Position numbers and translations under genes: made by a program. 64,000 nt of DNA from Desulfosudaceae bacterium (lineage in GTDB: Bacteria > Desulfobacterota > Desulfobacteria > Desulfobacterales > Desulfosudaceae). The notes under the pieces are model-generated. The model worked only from the letters and a program-made list of their open reading frames with translations, searched no databases and was not told where the DNA came from. This document shows, in pieces, positions 41,790 through 53,430 of the stretch; position 1 is the first letter of the stretch, and each line of letters begins with the position of its first letter. Where the stretch lies: NCBI GenBank assembly GCA_963674745.2, contig CAXXDV010000001.1:1472001-1536000 (forward strand). The letters run 5' to 3'.

Positions 41790-41945
41790 GTTTCAATCAA
41801 TTTTGCGAGAAGTTACATAACGTCTGAAGCCAATGGCAGCGAGGGCTTCCACTGACTTAATTAAAGATTTGGGTTGTTCAGTTTCCCCCGTATGTTCAAA
41901 ACCCGAGTGCCCTCGGTGTCCACTTGAGCTTCTTGGTTAGGCTTT

Positions 41946-42443
41946 TTAATTAATTTCGTTTGTTACTTTGAAATCAATATCATTGTTTTTAAGAAAAAGT
42001 CTTAAATTGTTGAAGATCTGGACTTTGTCTTTATTGCTCACAAATGGTGCTATCGGTATGTTTAAAATTTTATCTTTTAATGAATATAAAGCTTGAAGCT
42101 CATAGCCTATTGAGCCTTTAGAAAAGTGTAAACCTAAGAATGAATGTATTGGAACTACCTTATTGGTTTTTATCGGCCCGAAATTTTTGAAGATCAACCC
42201 ATCAGAATTTATTTCAATAATTTCTTTAGCGTTTATAAAAAGCAAAATCAAAAATGATGCTACCCCCACAAGACAAGTAAGAAACAGGACAAAAAAATGG
42301 AGATAGGAAAAATCAATAATTAATTTTCTAATACCAAGGCAGGAGCCAAAAAGGAATGTGGAACCAAAAATTATCAAGAAAATAATTATGGGCTTATTTT
42401 TGGGGAAGTCTTTTGGATTTAATTCGAATATTTTATCGTTCAT
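41946..42443 (-). CDS. 2-TM plus PH-like domain cassette protein
   Basis: Fills cassette. Confidence 0.65.
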   Translation of the reverse strand: MNDKIFELNPKDFPKNKPIIIFLIIFGSTFLFGSCLGIRKLIIDFSYLHFFVLFLTCLVGVASFLILLFINAKEIIEINSDGLIFKNFGPIKTNKVVPIHSFLGLHFSKGSIGYELQALYSLKDKILNIPIAPFVSNKDKVQIFNNLRLFLKNNDIDFKVTNEIN

Positions 42444-42573
42444 CCTGAAGCCTAACGTCGGCCACCACCGGCGAGCAGGGATTGCAGACTTTTTTTAAAG
42501 TGCGTTCAACACCAAACTTGGCTAAAGCCAAGGCAGCCCGCCCCTGCGAGTCCGTGTGAGTGGCATTGTTGGG

Positions 42574-43017
42574 TCATTTCCTATTTAATTCACTGCTAAT
42601 GATGTCTTTAATATTCTTCTCATCAAGAAAACATTTATATAAAACGGCACGTATTCTTGATTCATCTTTTTTTGCAACGGCCGCATCAAAATCATCAAGT
42701 AAGCCTAAATTGAATAATCTTTCATTGACAGTCATTCCGTGGATTGAGCGAACAAATAACTCTTTGAACTTATCCCATGCTTGATATGCTTTGGAGTATG
42801 AAGCATTGTCTTTAAGCCAAGAATTTCCGAAGAGCTTTTCCATCGTAGAGATATCATCACCAATAGGTTGCGCTTTCACCAACTTTGAAATAATTATCGC
42901 AGAGTAGGACAGAAACCTTTCATAAATAGGTATGTCTTCAGCATAGTTTGTCTTTCTGGCAAGAGATTCAATTTCTAAAATGAATTCCGCCATCAATGAT
43001 ATTTCTGTTTCATTCAT
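42574..43017 (-). CDS. Cassette hypothetical protein
   Basis: GMTVNERL..LGLLDDFDAA motif. Confidence 0.7.
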   Translation of the reverse strand: MNETEISLMAEFILEIESLARKTNYAEDIPIYERFLSYSAIIISKLVKAQPIGDDISTMEKLFGNSWLKDNASYSKAYQAWDKFKELFVRSIHGMTVNERLFNLGLLDDFDAAVAKKDESRIRAVLYKCFLDEKNIKDIISSELNRK

Positions 43018-43144
43018 GATTTTGAGACCCAACGTCTGCAGCCAAAGTAGCCAGGGCTTTCTCCGACTGCCTTAAAGATGGTTAATGTTCGATTTTCCCC
43101 GAATTTTCGAACCCGAGTGCCCTGGCTATCATTTGGGCTGCTTG

Positions 43145-43425
43145 GTTGTGCGAAAATATATTTTATAGTGATTCACAAAAATTTGCAGGGCTTTTCGTTA
43201 CAAAGTTTTGCAAAAAAGTACAGAAACCGTTTTTCATCTTTTCCGGATTGACTGGCGAATTCAAAAAATCCAATTTCTGGCTGATCAGAAACGCATGATC
43301 TGATCGATGCCGGTGGTTCATTCGCAAAGATGAAAAATATATCTTTTTTCCCCTTTGTTTCAAATTCATCCTGCCAAAAATTATCGAGTAGCTCGATTTT
43401 CCAAAAAGCGTTTTATACGCACAAC
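43145..43425 (-). repeat. Gene-less cassette family B, copy 1
   Basis: ~281-bp body GTTGTGCG...CGCACAAC; internal TTTTTCATCTTT/AAAGATGAAAAA inverted repeat. Confidence 0.8.
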
Positions 43426-43557
43426 GTCTTCAGCCAATGGGCGCCAGGGCTTCCACTGACCGGCTTAAAGTCGGATAATGTTCAATTCAGCACGGCAGTT
43501 CAAAGCCCGAGTGCCCTGGCGGTCCTTTGCGCTGAATGGTTATAAATCGAAACCTTT

Positions 43558-43881
43558 TTAATATATTTTTTCCTTTTCCCAATTGTTCAGAATTGCATCA
43601 TATCGGTCAGCTTGCTTCTCCCAACGATCCAATATATTCGACATGCGCTCAACATTGATCTTTTGTAATCCTTGTAGCCGAGCGGATTCTTCTAACTGTC
43701 TTTTAGTTTCCAATTGGAGCTCAATGTTTTTTTTGACCTGTTGCTCATACATATCAACCTGGTGTTGATATCCATTTTGTTTCTGGGGCGCTAAATGGGG
43801 GCTATTGAAAATATTGTAAACAATGATTAAGGCAAAGAATAAAATTATCGTCAGACTGACGCCTTTCCAAAAACTATTCAT
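43558..43881 (-). CDS. TM-anchored coiled-coil cassette protein
   Basis: Fills cassette. Confidence 0.7.
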   Translation of the reverse strand: MNSFWKGVSLTIILFFALIIVYNIFNSPHLAPQKQNGYQHQVDMYEQQVKKNIELQLETKRQLEESARLQGLQKINVERMSNILDRWEKQADRYDAILNNWEKEKIY

Positions 43882-44016
43882 TGGTGTGCCTCATTGATTT
43901 ATAACGTCCGCCACCACCGGCGAGCAGGGTTTGCGGACTTCGCTAAAGTGAGTTTAACTCTAAATTACGCCAGACCAAAAACAGCCCGCCCCTGCGAGTC
44001 CGTGTGGGTGGCGTGG

Positions 44017-44436
44017 TTATACGCCAGATTTATTTTTTTCAACTTTTTCAAGAATGTCTTTGATTAATAAAGGGTCATCTGCCCAGAAAGGTCTTGGAAT
44101 TCTAACGACCGATTTATTTATACCGTCTTTTAGTTTTATGAACAGAAAAGGATTAAAGCTAAATGTTTTTTTTGCATTTGATAATTTAACAGTTCCTCGT
44201 CCTAAAAATGGGTCTATGGCTTCTATTTCGTCATCTACCATAACTGACCCCATGCTTAGCATAGCACTTAAAGCCCCTATGATACCGCATAATAGAGCTA
44301 TTAAACCGATAAATTTTAGAAAGGGTATGTCAAATCCACATTCACAACCAGCATAAATAAAAATAATAATCGAAGAGGATATTGCAGCGGCTAAAGACTG
44401 CTTCCAAACATTCAATTTTATAATATAATTTTTCAT
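44017..44436 (-). CDS. Cassette membrane protein
   Basis: Fills cassette. Confidence 0.65.
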   Translation of the reverse strand: MKNYIIKLNVWKQSLAAAISSSIIIFIYAGCECGFDIPFLKFIGLIALLCGIIGALSAMLSMGSVMVDDEIEAIDPFLGRGTVKLSNAKKTFSFNPFLFIKLKDGINKSVVRIPRPFWADDPLLIKDILEKVEKNKSGV

Positions 44437-44570
44437 TTTATTTGTGTAGCGTATAACGTCTTCAGCCAGAGGGCGCCAGGGATTCCACTGACTGACTTAA
44501 AGATGGTTAAAGTTCATTAAGCACGGTTGTTCAAAAAAGCCTGCCCTGGCGATCCTGCTGGGCTGAATTG

Positions 44571-44951
44571 TTAGAATTTCAATAATTTTAGAACCTTATC
44601 TTTAATGGACGCTTTATCTTTGTGCTGTTCTAAAACATCTGGGTGATAAAGTTTTTCTGCATCCTTCGTTCTATAACCATACTTGCGCCCAGCATCCGGA
44701 TTCTCAGTATCAACAATTGTCCCAACATGCCATCCTTCGTATCTTACCGCACAACTAATATGTAAGGTAAGAAAGGTTCCTTTATTTTCGATTTTTCGAA
44801 TAATTACGCTAAATGGATGATGTGTCTCATATAGGATAAATTCATCATCCACATTCAAATCGCCAGATATTACCTGAACGTCGATTTGTGGTTTATGATC
44901 AAAATCCTTTTTTTCTATTGGCCGAGAGGCAATTATTTTGAAAACAGCCAT
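44571..44951 (-). CDS. Cassette hypothetical beta-rich protein
   Basis: Fills cassette. Confidence 0.7.
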   Translation of the reverse strand: MAVFKIIASRPIEKKDFDHKPQIDVQVISGDLNVDDEFILYETHHPFSVIIRKIENKGTFLTLHISCAVRYEGWHVGTIVDTENPDAGRKYGYRTKDAEKLYHPDVLEQHKDKASIKDKVLKLLKF

Positions 44952-45087
44952 AGGTATAATTTTATAATTCTAACGTCCGCCACCACCGGCGAGCAGGGGT
45001 CTGCGGACTTCGCTAAAGTAAAGTTCAACTCCAAATTACGCCAAAGCCAAAACAGCCCGCCCCTGCGAGTCTGTGTGAGTGGCGTGG

Positions 45088-45714
45088 TTAGCCTGCTTTA
45101 TCTATATAATTTAGTAACTCAGACATATTAACATTATAGTTTGTAAAAAACATGTGCCCTTTGCCAGTTCTATCTCTTTTTCTGCATTTTTCTCTATGTG
45201 ACTTGTTAATTGATAATTCATATTTTGTAAAATCATGAATTTTGATACCGATCACGGTAATTCGTGGGCTTGGTCTTATAACAAGTTCAAAATCATTATA
45301 AGGCAATTTAATACCAATTCGATAATCTTCATATCCCTGGCTATCAAATTTGCCAATCACAGGCAGTTCAAATAAATCTTTGAAGCCGAAAACGCCAAAA
45401 AAAAACGATAGTAAAATAAAGAAAATTCCTGGAATGAGTCCAGTAACTCCGTGTATATGAATGATGTATGCGCCACATAGCAGTAGAATCATGCCTAAAA
45501 AAATTACAATTAGGGAGATTTGTTTATTTGATGTCACTTCGATTTTGTCTTTAGTGATGAACCGGGTATTATTTTTTCCCTTTTTCCTATCGGATATTTC
45601 TTTTTTAACAAGCTCAAATCGATCTTTATATTTCTCCCTATCTATATGGAAATAAATATCCTTTAATTCGTCCAAGCCCAATTGGTTAAGATATTCTTGG
45701 TAATCGTTCATCAA
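45088..45714 (-). CDS. Cassette membrane protein
   Basis: ELKDIYFHIDREKYKDR N-terminus plus 2 TM. Confidence 0.7.
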   Translation of the reverse strand: MMNDYQEYLNQLGLDELKDIYFHIDREKYKDRFELVKKEISDRKKGKNNTRFITKDKIEVTSNKQISLIVIFLGMILLLCGAYIIHIHGVTGLIPGIFFILLSFFFGVFGFKDLFELPVIGKFDSQGYEDYRIGIKLPYNDFELVIRPSPRITVIGIKIHDFTKYELSINKSHREKCRKRDRTGKGHMFFTNYNVNMSELLNYIDKAG

Positions 45715-45851
45715 GATTTTCTCAGGCTAACGTCCGCCACCACCGGCGAGCAGGGTTTGCAGACTTCGCTAAAGTGAGTTTAACTCCAAATTACGCCAAA
45801 ACCAAAGCCGACCGCCCCTGCGAGTCCGTGTGAGTGGCGTTGTTAGCTGTT

Positions 45852-46355
45852 TCATTGATCAGCTGTAAACAATACATATCGATTATTTTCAGCTGCCCGA
45901 TTATATAATTGTCGAACATTTTGAAACCAATCCCAAGTGTATTCAAAATCCTCGTCTGTTAATTCCATACCGTAGCTTTCAGGGTTTATGCTAAAATATT
46001 TTTTTCTAAATTCGCTTTCTGATATTTCTATTAAAGCCTTATTGATATCTTTAACTTGATCGGGAGATTTTAAACTCATTATATAGTCATCGTCTGTGTA
46101 GAGAAGATCACCAGCAAGAACAACATGATTTAATGGGTAATTACCACCATCCCAAGTTAACTCACCATCGGCAAGAACACGATGCATCGCATCCCAAGCT
46201 TTGTCACTTTCAGCAGCGAATTTCTTGTCATCTTCTAAGTATTGTTCTTCAATTACTTCAGTGACAAACTCAAGTCGATCTTGCTCATCGTCCATTGATA
46301 TAATCGTTTTGACTTCTGATTCATTAAGAGCGAAATGGACACCTAAACATGACAT
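45852..46355 (-). CDS. YfbM/DUF1877 family protein (cassette)
   Basis: DKAWDAMHRVL..YPL..VVL.G..SPDQVK..LYNRAA. Confidence 0.8.
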   Translation of the reverse strand: MSCLGVHFALNESEVKTIISMDDEQDRLEFVTEVIEEQYLEDDKKFAAESDKAWDAMHRVLADGELTWDGGNYPLNHVVLAGDLLYTDDDYIMSLKSPDQVKDINKALIEISESEFRKKYFSINPESYGMELTDEDFEYTWDWFQNVRQLYNRAAENNRYVLFTADQ

Positions 46356-46492
46356 TATAGGTTCTCCTTCCAACAGCTAACGTCTGCAGCCAAAGTAGCC
46401 AGGGCTTTCTCCGACTGCCTTAAAGATGGTTAATGTTCGATTTTCCCCGAATTTTCGAACCCGAGTGCCCTGGCTATCATTTGGGCTGCTTG

Positions 46493-47165
46493 GTTGTGCG
46501 AAAATATATTTTATAGTGATTCACAAAAATTTGCAGGGCTTTTCGTTACAAAGTTTTGCAAAAAAGTACAGAAACCGTTTTTCATCTTTTCCGGATTGAC
46601 TGGCGAATTCAAAAAATCCAATTTCTGGCTGATCAGAAACGCATGATCTGATCGATGCCGGTGGTTCATTCGCAAAGATGAAAAATATATCTTTTTTCCC
46701 CTTTGTTTCAAATTCATCCTGCCAAAAATTATCGAGTAGCTCGATTTTCCAAAAAGCGTTTTATACGCACAACGTCTGCAGCCAAAGTAGCCAGGGCTTT
46801 CTCCGACTGCCTTAAAGATGGTTAATGTTCAATTTTCCCCGAATTTTCGAACCCGAGTGCCCTGGCTGTCATTTGGGCTGCTTGGTTGTGCGAAAATATA
46901 TTTTATAGTGATTCACAAAAATTTGCAGGGCTTTTCGTTACAAAGTTTTGCAAAAAAGTACAGAAACCGTTTTTCATCTTTTTCGGATTGACTGGCGAAT
47001 TCAAAAAATCCATTTTCCGGCTGATCAGAAACGCATGATCTGATCGATGCCGGTGGTTCATTCGCAAAGATGAAAAATAAATCTTTTTTCCCCTTTGTTT
47101 CAAATTCATCCTGCCAAAAATTATCGAGTAGCTCGATTTTCCAAAAAGCGTTTTATACGCACAAC
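46493..47165 (-). repeat. Gene-less cassette family B, copies 2-3 (46493-46773, 46885-47165)
   Basis: Tandem bodies, each with attC. Confidence 0.8.
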
Positions 47166-47282
47166 GCCCGCCACCACCGGCGAGCAGGGTTTGCGGACTT
47201 CTCTAAAGTGAGTTCAACTCCAAATTACGCCACAACAAAAGCCGCGCGTCCCTGCGAGTCCGTGTGGGTGGCGTTGTTATCT

Positions 47283-47567
47283 CTAAATGTTATGCTTTTT
47301 TTTAACTTCTGAGATTCTATCCCAAACTGCTTTTGAAACTGAATCTTGGGATACTTGATCGAAAATGTTATTTAGTACCCGTTTTTCATCATCATCAATA
47401 ATATTATCGGCCATTGCTAATCCAAGCAGATAATTGATTTCTCCAATATCCAGCGTACCATCATCAGTGAAACATTTAATAGAGTCGAGGGCAATTCTTA
47501 AATGACTTTCAAGTGGTGACATTTGATTGTACCTTTCTCTCCAAGAGGGTTGTCGGTTAAAGCGCAC
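47283..47567 (-). CDS. TerB-like small protein (copy 2)
   Basis: Identical to 39159. Confidence 0.6.
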   Translation of the reverse strand: MRFNRQPSWRERYNQMSPLESHLRIALDSIKCFTDDGTLDIGEINYLLGLAMADNIIDDDEKRVLNNIFDQVSQDSVSKAVWDRISEVKKKHNI

Positions 47568-47719
47568 TTAATATTATAAGAGAGATAACGTCTGCAGCCA
47601 AAAGCAGCCAGGGCTTCCACTGCCGTTCTTAAAATTGTTTGCTGTTTAAAAACCACCGAATGTTCAAAAACGCCTTAGCCCTGGATGTCTTCTTGGGCTG
47701 CTTGGTTATACTCCGCCAG

Positions 47720-48025
47720 TCATTTTGAGGTTAACATCAATAGTGTTATAAAAAGCCATATAAAAATAAGGCAGATGCTAAAAGCTCCCCATTTTTTTCT
47801 TTTAAAATCCCGTACGCAAACACCAACAGATCCAATAAAGACGATTACTGATAGTGCTGAAAGCAAATAATGATCATTTTTGTACAATTCTGTAGCGACA
47901 TAGGTTGGAAGACAAATAATTAATAGTAACATCAAAAAACTGAGCGCAATAAAGTGAATGGCTTGATCTAGAAAATCCATTCCTTTGAAAAAGCTCTTAA
48001 TATATTCGAACATTCTTAATTCCAT
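47720..48025 (-). CDS. 3-TM cassette protein
   Basis: Fills cassette. Confidence 0.65.
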   Translation of the reverse strand: MELRMFEYIKSFFKGMDFLDQAIHFIALSFLMLLLIICLPTYVATELYKNDHYLLSALSVIVFIGSVGVCVRDFKRKKWGAFSICLIFIWLFITLLMLTSK

Positions 48026-48151
48026 GCGGAGTATAACGTCTTCAGCCAGAGGGCGCCAGGGCTTCCACTGACTTGATTAAAGGTGGTTAATGTCCAGTTC
48101 TCTCAAAAGTTCAAAACCCGAGTGCCCTGGCGATCCTACTGGGCTGAATTG

Positions 48152-48679
48152 TTAGCCTTTTTTATTTTTATAATTGATTACGGTAATCCTATCTGTATCG
48201 GGTAACTCAATCCAGTTTTCATCTGGAAAATCTGGATCTTTCCCAATGCACACATATGGGTGGCTGTTTATTTCGCAAACCTTTTTATAATCTTGAAGAT
48301 CATTTTGGATTTCTTCCCATGTATCGCCAGATGCAATACAATCTATATCACCGGGGAAAGACGTATCCCCCAAAATACTCCAATTTTCGCCTTCTCGATA
48401 ATTATTCTTGGCTCTGCTTAAAAGACTCTCAGAAAAAATTCCACGTATCGGATATGCATTCTTGAATATACTCAAAATATATTTGGAATTTATATTCATT
48501 TCGTTGTTTTCTGCATAGAGTACAAGATTCTTATACCTATCTATAGAATTGATGAAAAAGTCTGGCCCTTTACCAGGGAAATTAACAAAGTGTACATCAA
48601 CAAAAAGCAAATCTTGTTCCTGAAGCCATGTCCTCAAGGTTTCCGTAACAAATTGATCGTTGTAAGAAAAAGGTCCCAT
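48152..48679 (-). CDS. Cassette hypothetical protein
   Basis: Start adjusted. Confidence 0.7.
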   Translation of the reverse strand: MGPFSYNDQFVTETLRTWLQEQDLLFVDVHFVNFPGKGPDFFINSIDRYKNLVLYAENNEMNINSKYILSIFKNAYPIRGIFSESLLSRAKNNYREGENWSILGDTSFPGDIDCIASGDTWEEIQNDLQDYKKVCEINSHPYVCIGKDPDFPDENWIELPDTDRITVINYKNKKG

Positions 48680-48806
48680 GTTTGTAAGGCTAACGTCTGC
48701 AGCCAAAGTAGCCAGGGCTTCCAGTGACTGACTTTAAGGTGGTTGATGTTCAATTTCCCCCGAATGTTCAAAAGCCGAATGCCCTGGCTATCATTTGGGC
48801 TGCTTG

Positions 48807-49503
48807 GTTAAGTGCCCGCATTATTCAGAAAGACTTAAACGACAGCATGGGCAAATAAAATAAAATGTTATTTTTCTTTTTACGCTTTGTCCATCATGTA
48901 CTTATGAAAACGGGTAGGTCTCTTTTCATCCGGACAAATAAAGGCGCATTATCACTTGGCCGCGCCAGTTCGAAATTACAATTTATCTTTACTGGACAAA
49001 AATATCAACTTGGTGACAATTACCATTTTGGCAACGAATGTCGATTTCAGCCCAAATTCTTTTTTTTATTTTTTTCCCGTACAGAATCAGTGCACTTAAC
49101 GTCTGCAGCCAAAGTAGCCAGGGCTTCCAGTGACTGACTTTAAGGTGGTTGATGTTCAATTTCCCCCGAATGTTCAAAAGCCGAATGCCCTGGCTATCAT
49201 TTGGGCTGCTTGGTTAAGTGCCCGCATTATTGAGAAAGACTTTAACGACAGCATGGGCAAATAAATTAAAATGATATTTTTCTTTTTACGCCTTGTCCAT
49301 CATGAACTTATGAAAACGGGTAGGTCTCTTTTCATCCGGACAAATAAAGGCGCAAAATCAAACAGTCCCGCCAGATCAAAATACAGCTTATCTTTACTGA
49401 TTGAAAATATCAATCTAGTGACAATTTCCATAGTGGCAACGAAGATCATTTTTCGTCAAAATTCTTTTTTTATTTTTTCCCGTACAGATTAAGTGCACTT
49501 AAC
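48807..49503 (-). repeat. Gene-less cassette family A, copies 9-10 (48807-49100, 49213-49503)
   Basis: Subtype a plus subtype b in tandem. Confidence 0.85.
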
Positions 49504-49615
49504 GTCCGCCACCACCTGCGAGCAGGGAATGCGGTCTTCGCTAAAGTGAGTTTAACACCAAACTACGCCAAAGCCAAAAACAGCCCACCCCTGCGAGTCT
49601 GTGTGAGTGGCGTTG

Positions 49616-49837
49616 TTATACCTTTTCTCTTTTTTTCTTTAAAGTCGCTAATGAATTCACTATTGCTGCTACAAGAAAGACGCCGCTTAGAAACAGCAAT
49701 ATTGGACATGAAATCATGACGAATTTCTCAGCAGGTGAATTGGGTACGACAGAAATGGAGGAAATTACAAGAAAGGGAATAAAACAAAGGAAGAAACCCG
49801 CCCAAAAGGAATGCTGCTTATGTTTCCCTGATTCCAT
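49616..49837 (-). CDS. Small membrane protein (duplicate of 16545)
   Basis: Identical translation. Confidence 0.6.
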   Translation of the reverse strand: MESGKHKQHSFWAGFFLCFIPFLVISSISVVPNSPAEKFVMISCPILLFLSGVFLVAAIVNSLATLKKKREKV

Positions 49838-50180
49838 ATATTAAACCTTTTCAAATGTATAAAACATTCATCCAAAACAAGATAACATTAAAACAACCCC
49901 ATGACACGCAAAACCACCAATCAGGAATTTAATGGCGCTTGGCCTTTTCTGATCATTTATTTGTTCTAAAAGGACTTCTGCAATTCCAATAAATTCTAAA
50001 ACTATTCCACAGACAGTCAGGATTATAACAAAAGGTATATCCATATTCTTTTAGGTCGGTATAACGTCTTCAGCCAAAGGGCGCCAGGGCTTCCTCTGAC
50101 TGTCTTAAAGATGGTTAATATTCAGTTTCCCCCAAATGTTCAAAACCCGAGTGCCCTGGCGATCCTTTTGCGCTGAATGG

Positions 50181-50708
50181 TTAACTGTTGACTATATAAT
50201 TTTTAAAAATTTTATGAAAACGTTTATGTAAATCTACCAATTCCGGGTTTTGAATGAACCTTGTAAATTGGATAAATATATATAGGGTGGCAATTATCAG
50301 AATTGGGAAAGCAATATTAACAAGTACCTCTTTATCAAAGACCATACCTATCGCCACACAACACCATGAAATAACCATGACTATTCCAAAAAACCAGTTT
50401 ACCAATTGCTTAGATTTGAACAAATTAAATGGTGGTAAAAGCCTTGAAGTGGCTTTCAAGAAAGATTTATCGCCATTTGGAACTATTTCTCCCGTGACGA
50501 CAATATCGGTTATGTTGCTGTAGATCGTATTTGGCCAAACCAAAAATTTATTTTTGTATATTATGCCTTTAATGCTTGTCTTTGTCATGAACCATGGCAA
50601 AAGAATATGATCGAGAGAAGCGGATAACACACCGAGGGCATGCTTGGCATTGCAGTTAAGCAGCAACTCAGTCTCGAATTTATCTTTGTCCTTTGTACTA
50701 TCGTTCAT
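50181..50708 (-). CDS. Cassette protein with 2 C-terminal TMs
   Basis: Fills cassette. Confidence 0.7.
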   Translation of the reverse strand: MNDSTKDKDKFETELLLNCNAKHALGVLSASLDHILLPWFMTKTSIKGIIYKNKFLVWPNTIYSNITDIVVTGEIVPNGDKSFLKATSRLLPPFNLFKSKQLVNWFFGIVMVISWCCVAIGMVFDKEVLVNIAFPILIIATLYIFIQFTRFIQNPELVDLHKRFHKIFKNYIVNS

Positions 50709-50838
50709 TACTTTTTATACAGTTAACGGCGGCAGCCAAAGTAGCCAGGGCTTTCTCCGACTGCCTTAAAGATGGTTAATGTTCAATTTCCCCCGAATTT
50801 TCGAACCCGAGTGCCCTGGCTGTCATTTGGGCTGCTTG

Positions 50839-51118
50839 GTTGTGCGAAAATATATTTTATAGTGATTCACAAAAATTTGCAGGGCTTTTCGTTACAAAGT
50901 TTTGCAAAAAAGTACAGAAACCGTTTTTCATCTTTTCCGGATTGACTGGCGAATTCAAAAAATCCATTTTCCGGCTGATCAGAAACGCATGATCCGATCG
51001 ATGCCGGTGGTTCATTCGCAAAGATGAAAATTATATCTTTTTCCCCTTTGTTTCAAATTCATCCTGCCAAAAATTATCGAGCAGCTCGATTTTCCAAAAA
51101 GTGTTTTATACGCACAAC
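50839..51118 (-). repeat. Gene-less cassette family B, copy 4
   Basis: Same body; 68-aa ORF of other copies disrupted. Confidence 0.8.
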
Positions 51119-51230
51119 GGCGGCAGCCAAAGCAGCCAGGGCTTCCACTGCCTTTATTAAAGTTGTTTGCTGCTCAATTCCCCCGGCATGTTCAAAAACC
51201 GAATGCCCTGGCTGTCATTTGGGCTGCTTG

Positions 51231-51924
51231 GTTAAGTGCCCGCATTATTCAGAAAGCCTTTAACGACAGCATGGGCAAATCAATTAAAATGATTTTTTTC
51301 TTTTTACGCCTTGTCCATCATGAACTTATGAAAACGGGTAGGTCTCTTTTCATCCGGACAAATAAAGGCGCAAAATCAAACAGTCCCGCCAGATCAAAAT
51401 ACAGCTTATCTTTACTGATTGAAAATATCAATCTGGTGACAATTTCCATAGTGGCAACGAAGATCATTTTTCGTCAAAATTCTTTTTTTATTTTTTCCCG
51501 TACAGATTAAGTGCACTTAACGTCTGCAGCCAAAGTAGCCAGGGCTTCCAGTGACTGACTTTAAGGTGGTTGATGTTCAATTTCCCCCGAATGTTCAAAA
51601 GCCGAATGCCCTGGCTATCATTTGGGCTGCTTGGTTAAGTGCCCGCATTATTGAGAAAGACTTTAACGACAGCATGGGCAAATAAATTAAAATGATATTT
51701 TTCTTTTTACGCCTTGTCCATCATGAACTTATGAAAACGGGTAGGTCTCTTTTCATCCGGACAAATAAAGGCGCAAAATCAAACAGTCCCGCCAGATCAA
51801 AATACAGCTTATCTTTACTGATTGAAAATATCAATCTGGTGACAATTTCCATAGTGGCAACGAAGATCATTTTTCGTCAAAATTCTTTTTTTATTTTTTC
51901 CCGTACAGATTAAGTGCACTTAAC
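51231..51924 (-). repeat. Gene-less cassette family A, copies 11-12 (51231-51521, 51634-51924)
   Basis: Subtype b in tandem. Confidence 0.85.
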
Positions 51925-52038
51925 GTCTTCAGCCAATGGGCGCCAGGGCCTTCTCTGACTGATTTAAAGTTGGTTAATATTCAATTCAGCACGGCTGTTC
52001 AAAACCCGAGTGCCCTGGCGGTCCTTTGCGCTGAATGG

Positions 52039-52443
52039 TTATCTTCTTTTTATTTTTTTATTATTTATCGCTTCCCAATTATCCCAGAATTCTTTTCTGT
52101 GTCTCTCATAATCTTCTTCTGTATTATGATAAAGGAACACTTCCTTTAGGTTTATAAAATCACTTTTTGTGAGAAAGTTTGGCAAGATTTTTCGAATATG
52201 TTCTTTTTCAAGCAGGTGTTCATAGAAATGAGTTAAAACAACTGTTCTGATCTCAGCATTGTCAGAATCCTCAAGACACCATTTCGCATAATCAAAAATT
52301 TCATTAAGGCTCTCAAAATCTTTATTCTCGATAAGCATATCCAATTCTATCCAAAGCATTCCAATAGAATCGATTTCATTAGATTGGATCAGTTCCCGTT
52401 GGGATGGAATTTTCTCCAATGCATTTTTTCGCCATTCGTTCAT
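52039..52443 (-). CDS. Helical immunity-like hypothetical protein (tandem copy 1)
   Basis: WRKNALE..P...IFDYAKWC...FYEHL. Confidence 0.7.
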   Translation of the reverse strand: MNEWRKNALEKIPSQRELIQSNEIDSIGMLWIELDMLIENKDFESLNEIFDYAKWCLEDSDNAEIRTVVLTHFYEHLLEKEHIRKILPNFLTKSDFINLKEVFLYHNTEEDYERHRKEFWDNWEAINNKKIKRR

Positions 52444-52578
52444 TTTTTCTCGTTGGAAGATAACGTCTTCAGCCAATGGGCGCCAGGGCCTTCTCTGACT
52501 GATTTAAAGTTGGTTAATATTCAATTCAGCACGGCTGTTCAAAACCCGAGTGCCCTGGCGGTCCTTTGCGCTGAATGG

Positions 52579-52983
52579 TTATCTTCTTTTTATTTTTTTA
52601 TTATTTATCGCTTCCCAATTATCCCAGAATTCTTTTCTGTGTCTCTCATAATCTTCTTCTGTATTATGATAAAGGAACACTTCCTTTAGGTTTATAAAAT
52701 CACTTTTTGTGAGAAAGTTTGGCAAGATTTTTCGAATATGTTCTTTTTCAAGCAGGTGTTCATAGAAATGAGTTAAAACAACTGTTCTGATCTCAGCATT
52801 GTCAGAATCCTCAAGACACCATTTCGCATAATCAAAAATTTCATTAAGGCTCTCAAAATCTTTATTCTCGATAAGCATATCCAATTCTATCCAAAGCATT
52901 CCAATAGAATCGATTTCATTAGATTGGATCAGTTCCCGTTGGGATGGAATTTTCTCCAATGCATTTTTTCGCCATTCGTTCAT
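52579..52983 (-). CDS. Helical immunity-like hypothetical protein (tandem copy 2)
   Basis: Exact 540-bp tandem cassette duplication. Confidence 0.7.
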   Translation of the reverse strand: MNEWRKNALEKIPSQRELIQSNEIDSIGMLWIELDMLIENKDFESLNEIFDYAKWCLEDSDNAEIRTVVLTHFYEHLLEKEHIRKILPNFLTKSDFINLKEVFLYHNTEEDYERHRKEFWDNWEAINNKKIKRR

Positions 52984-53130
52984 TTTTTCTCGTTGGAAGA
53001 TAACGTCCGCCACCACCGGCGAGCAGGGCTTGCGGACTTCGCTAAAGTGAGTTTAACTCCAAAATACGCCAAAGCCAAGGCGGCCCGCCCCTGCGAGTCT
53101 GTGTGGGTGGCGTTGTTATATGCAAAAATA

Positions 53131-53430
53131 TTATTTCTTAAAATCAGTTGCGGCTTCAACGATTTCTTCGTTTGTGCTTTTAAGACCAAACTCAACTAAT
53201 TTTGTAACCAAATCTTGATCAAGGGTTTCGTAAACTTCCAGAAGCCGCCTAAAATGCCATTCGTCGGATAAGTTCAGCGTTTCCGCCGCAACATTTTCGA
53301 TATTTTCAAGAACCCATTTTTTTGGCATTGAGAGAATAATATCTCTCCCCTTCAAAATATTTGGCGTGTACGATGCGTCACATGCCAAGCCAACAGCTTC
53401 TTTCAAATTTTTGATATTTGTATCATTCAT
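53131..53430 (-). CDS. Helical hypothetical protein (cassette)
   Basis: DEWHFRRLLE...S.NEEIVEAA.DF. Confidence 0.7.
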   Translation of the reverse strand: MNDTNIKNLKEAVGLACDASYTPNILKGRDIILSMPKKWVLENIENVAAETLNLSDEWHFRRLLEVYETLDQDLVTKLVEFGLKSTNEEIVEAATDFKK

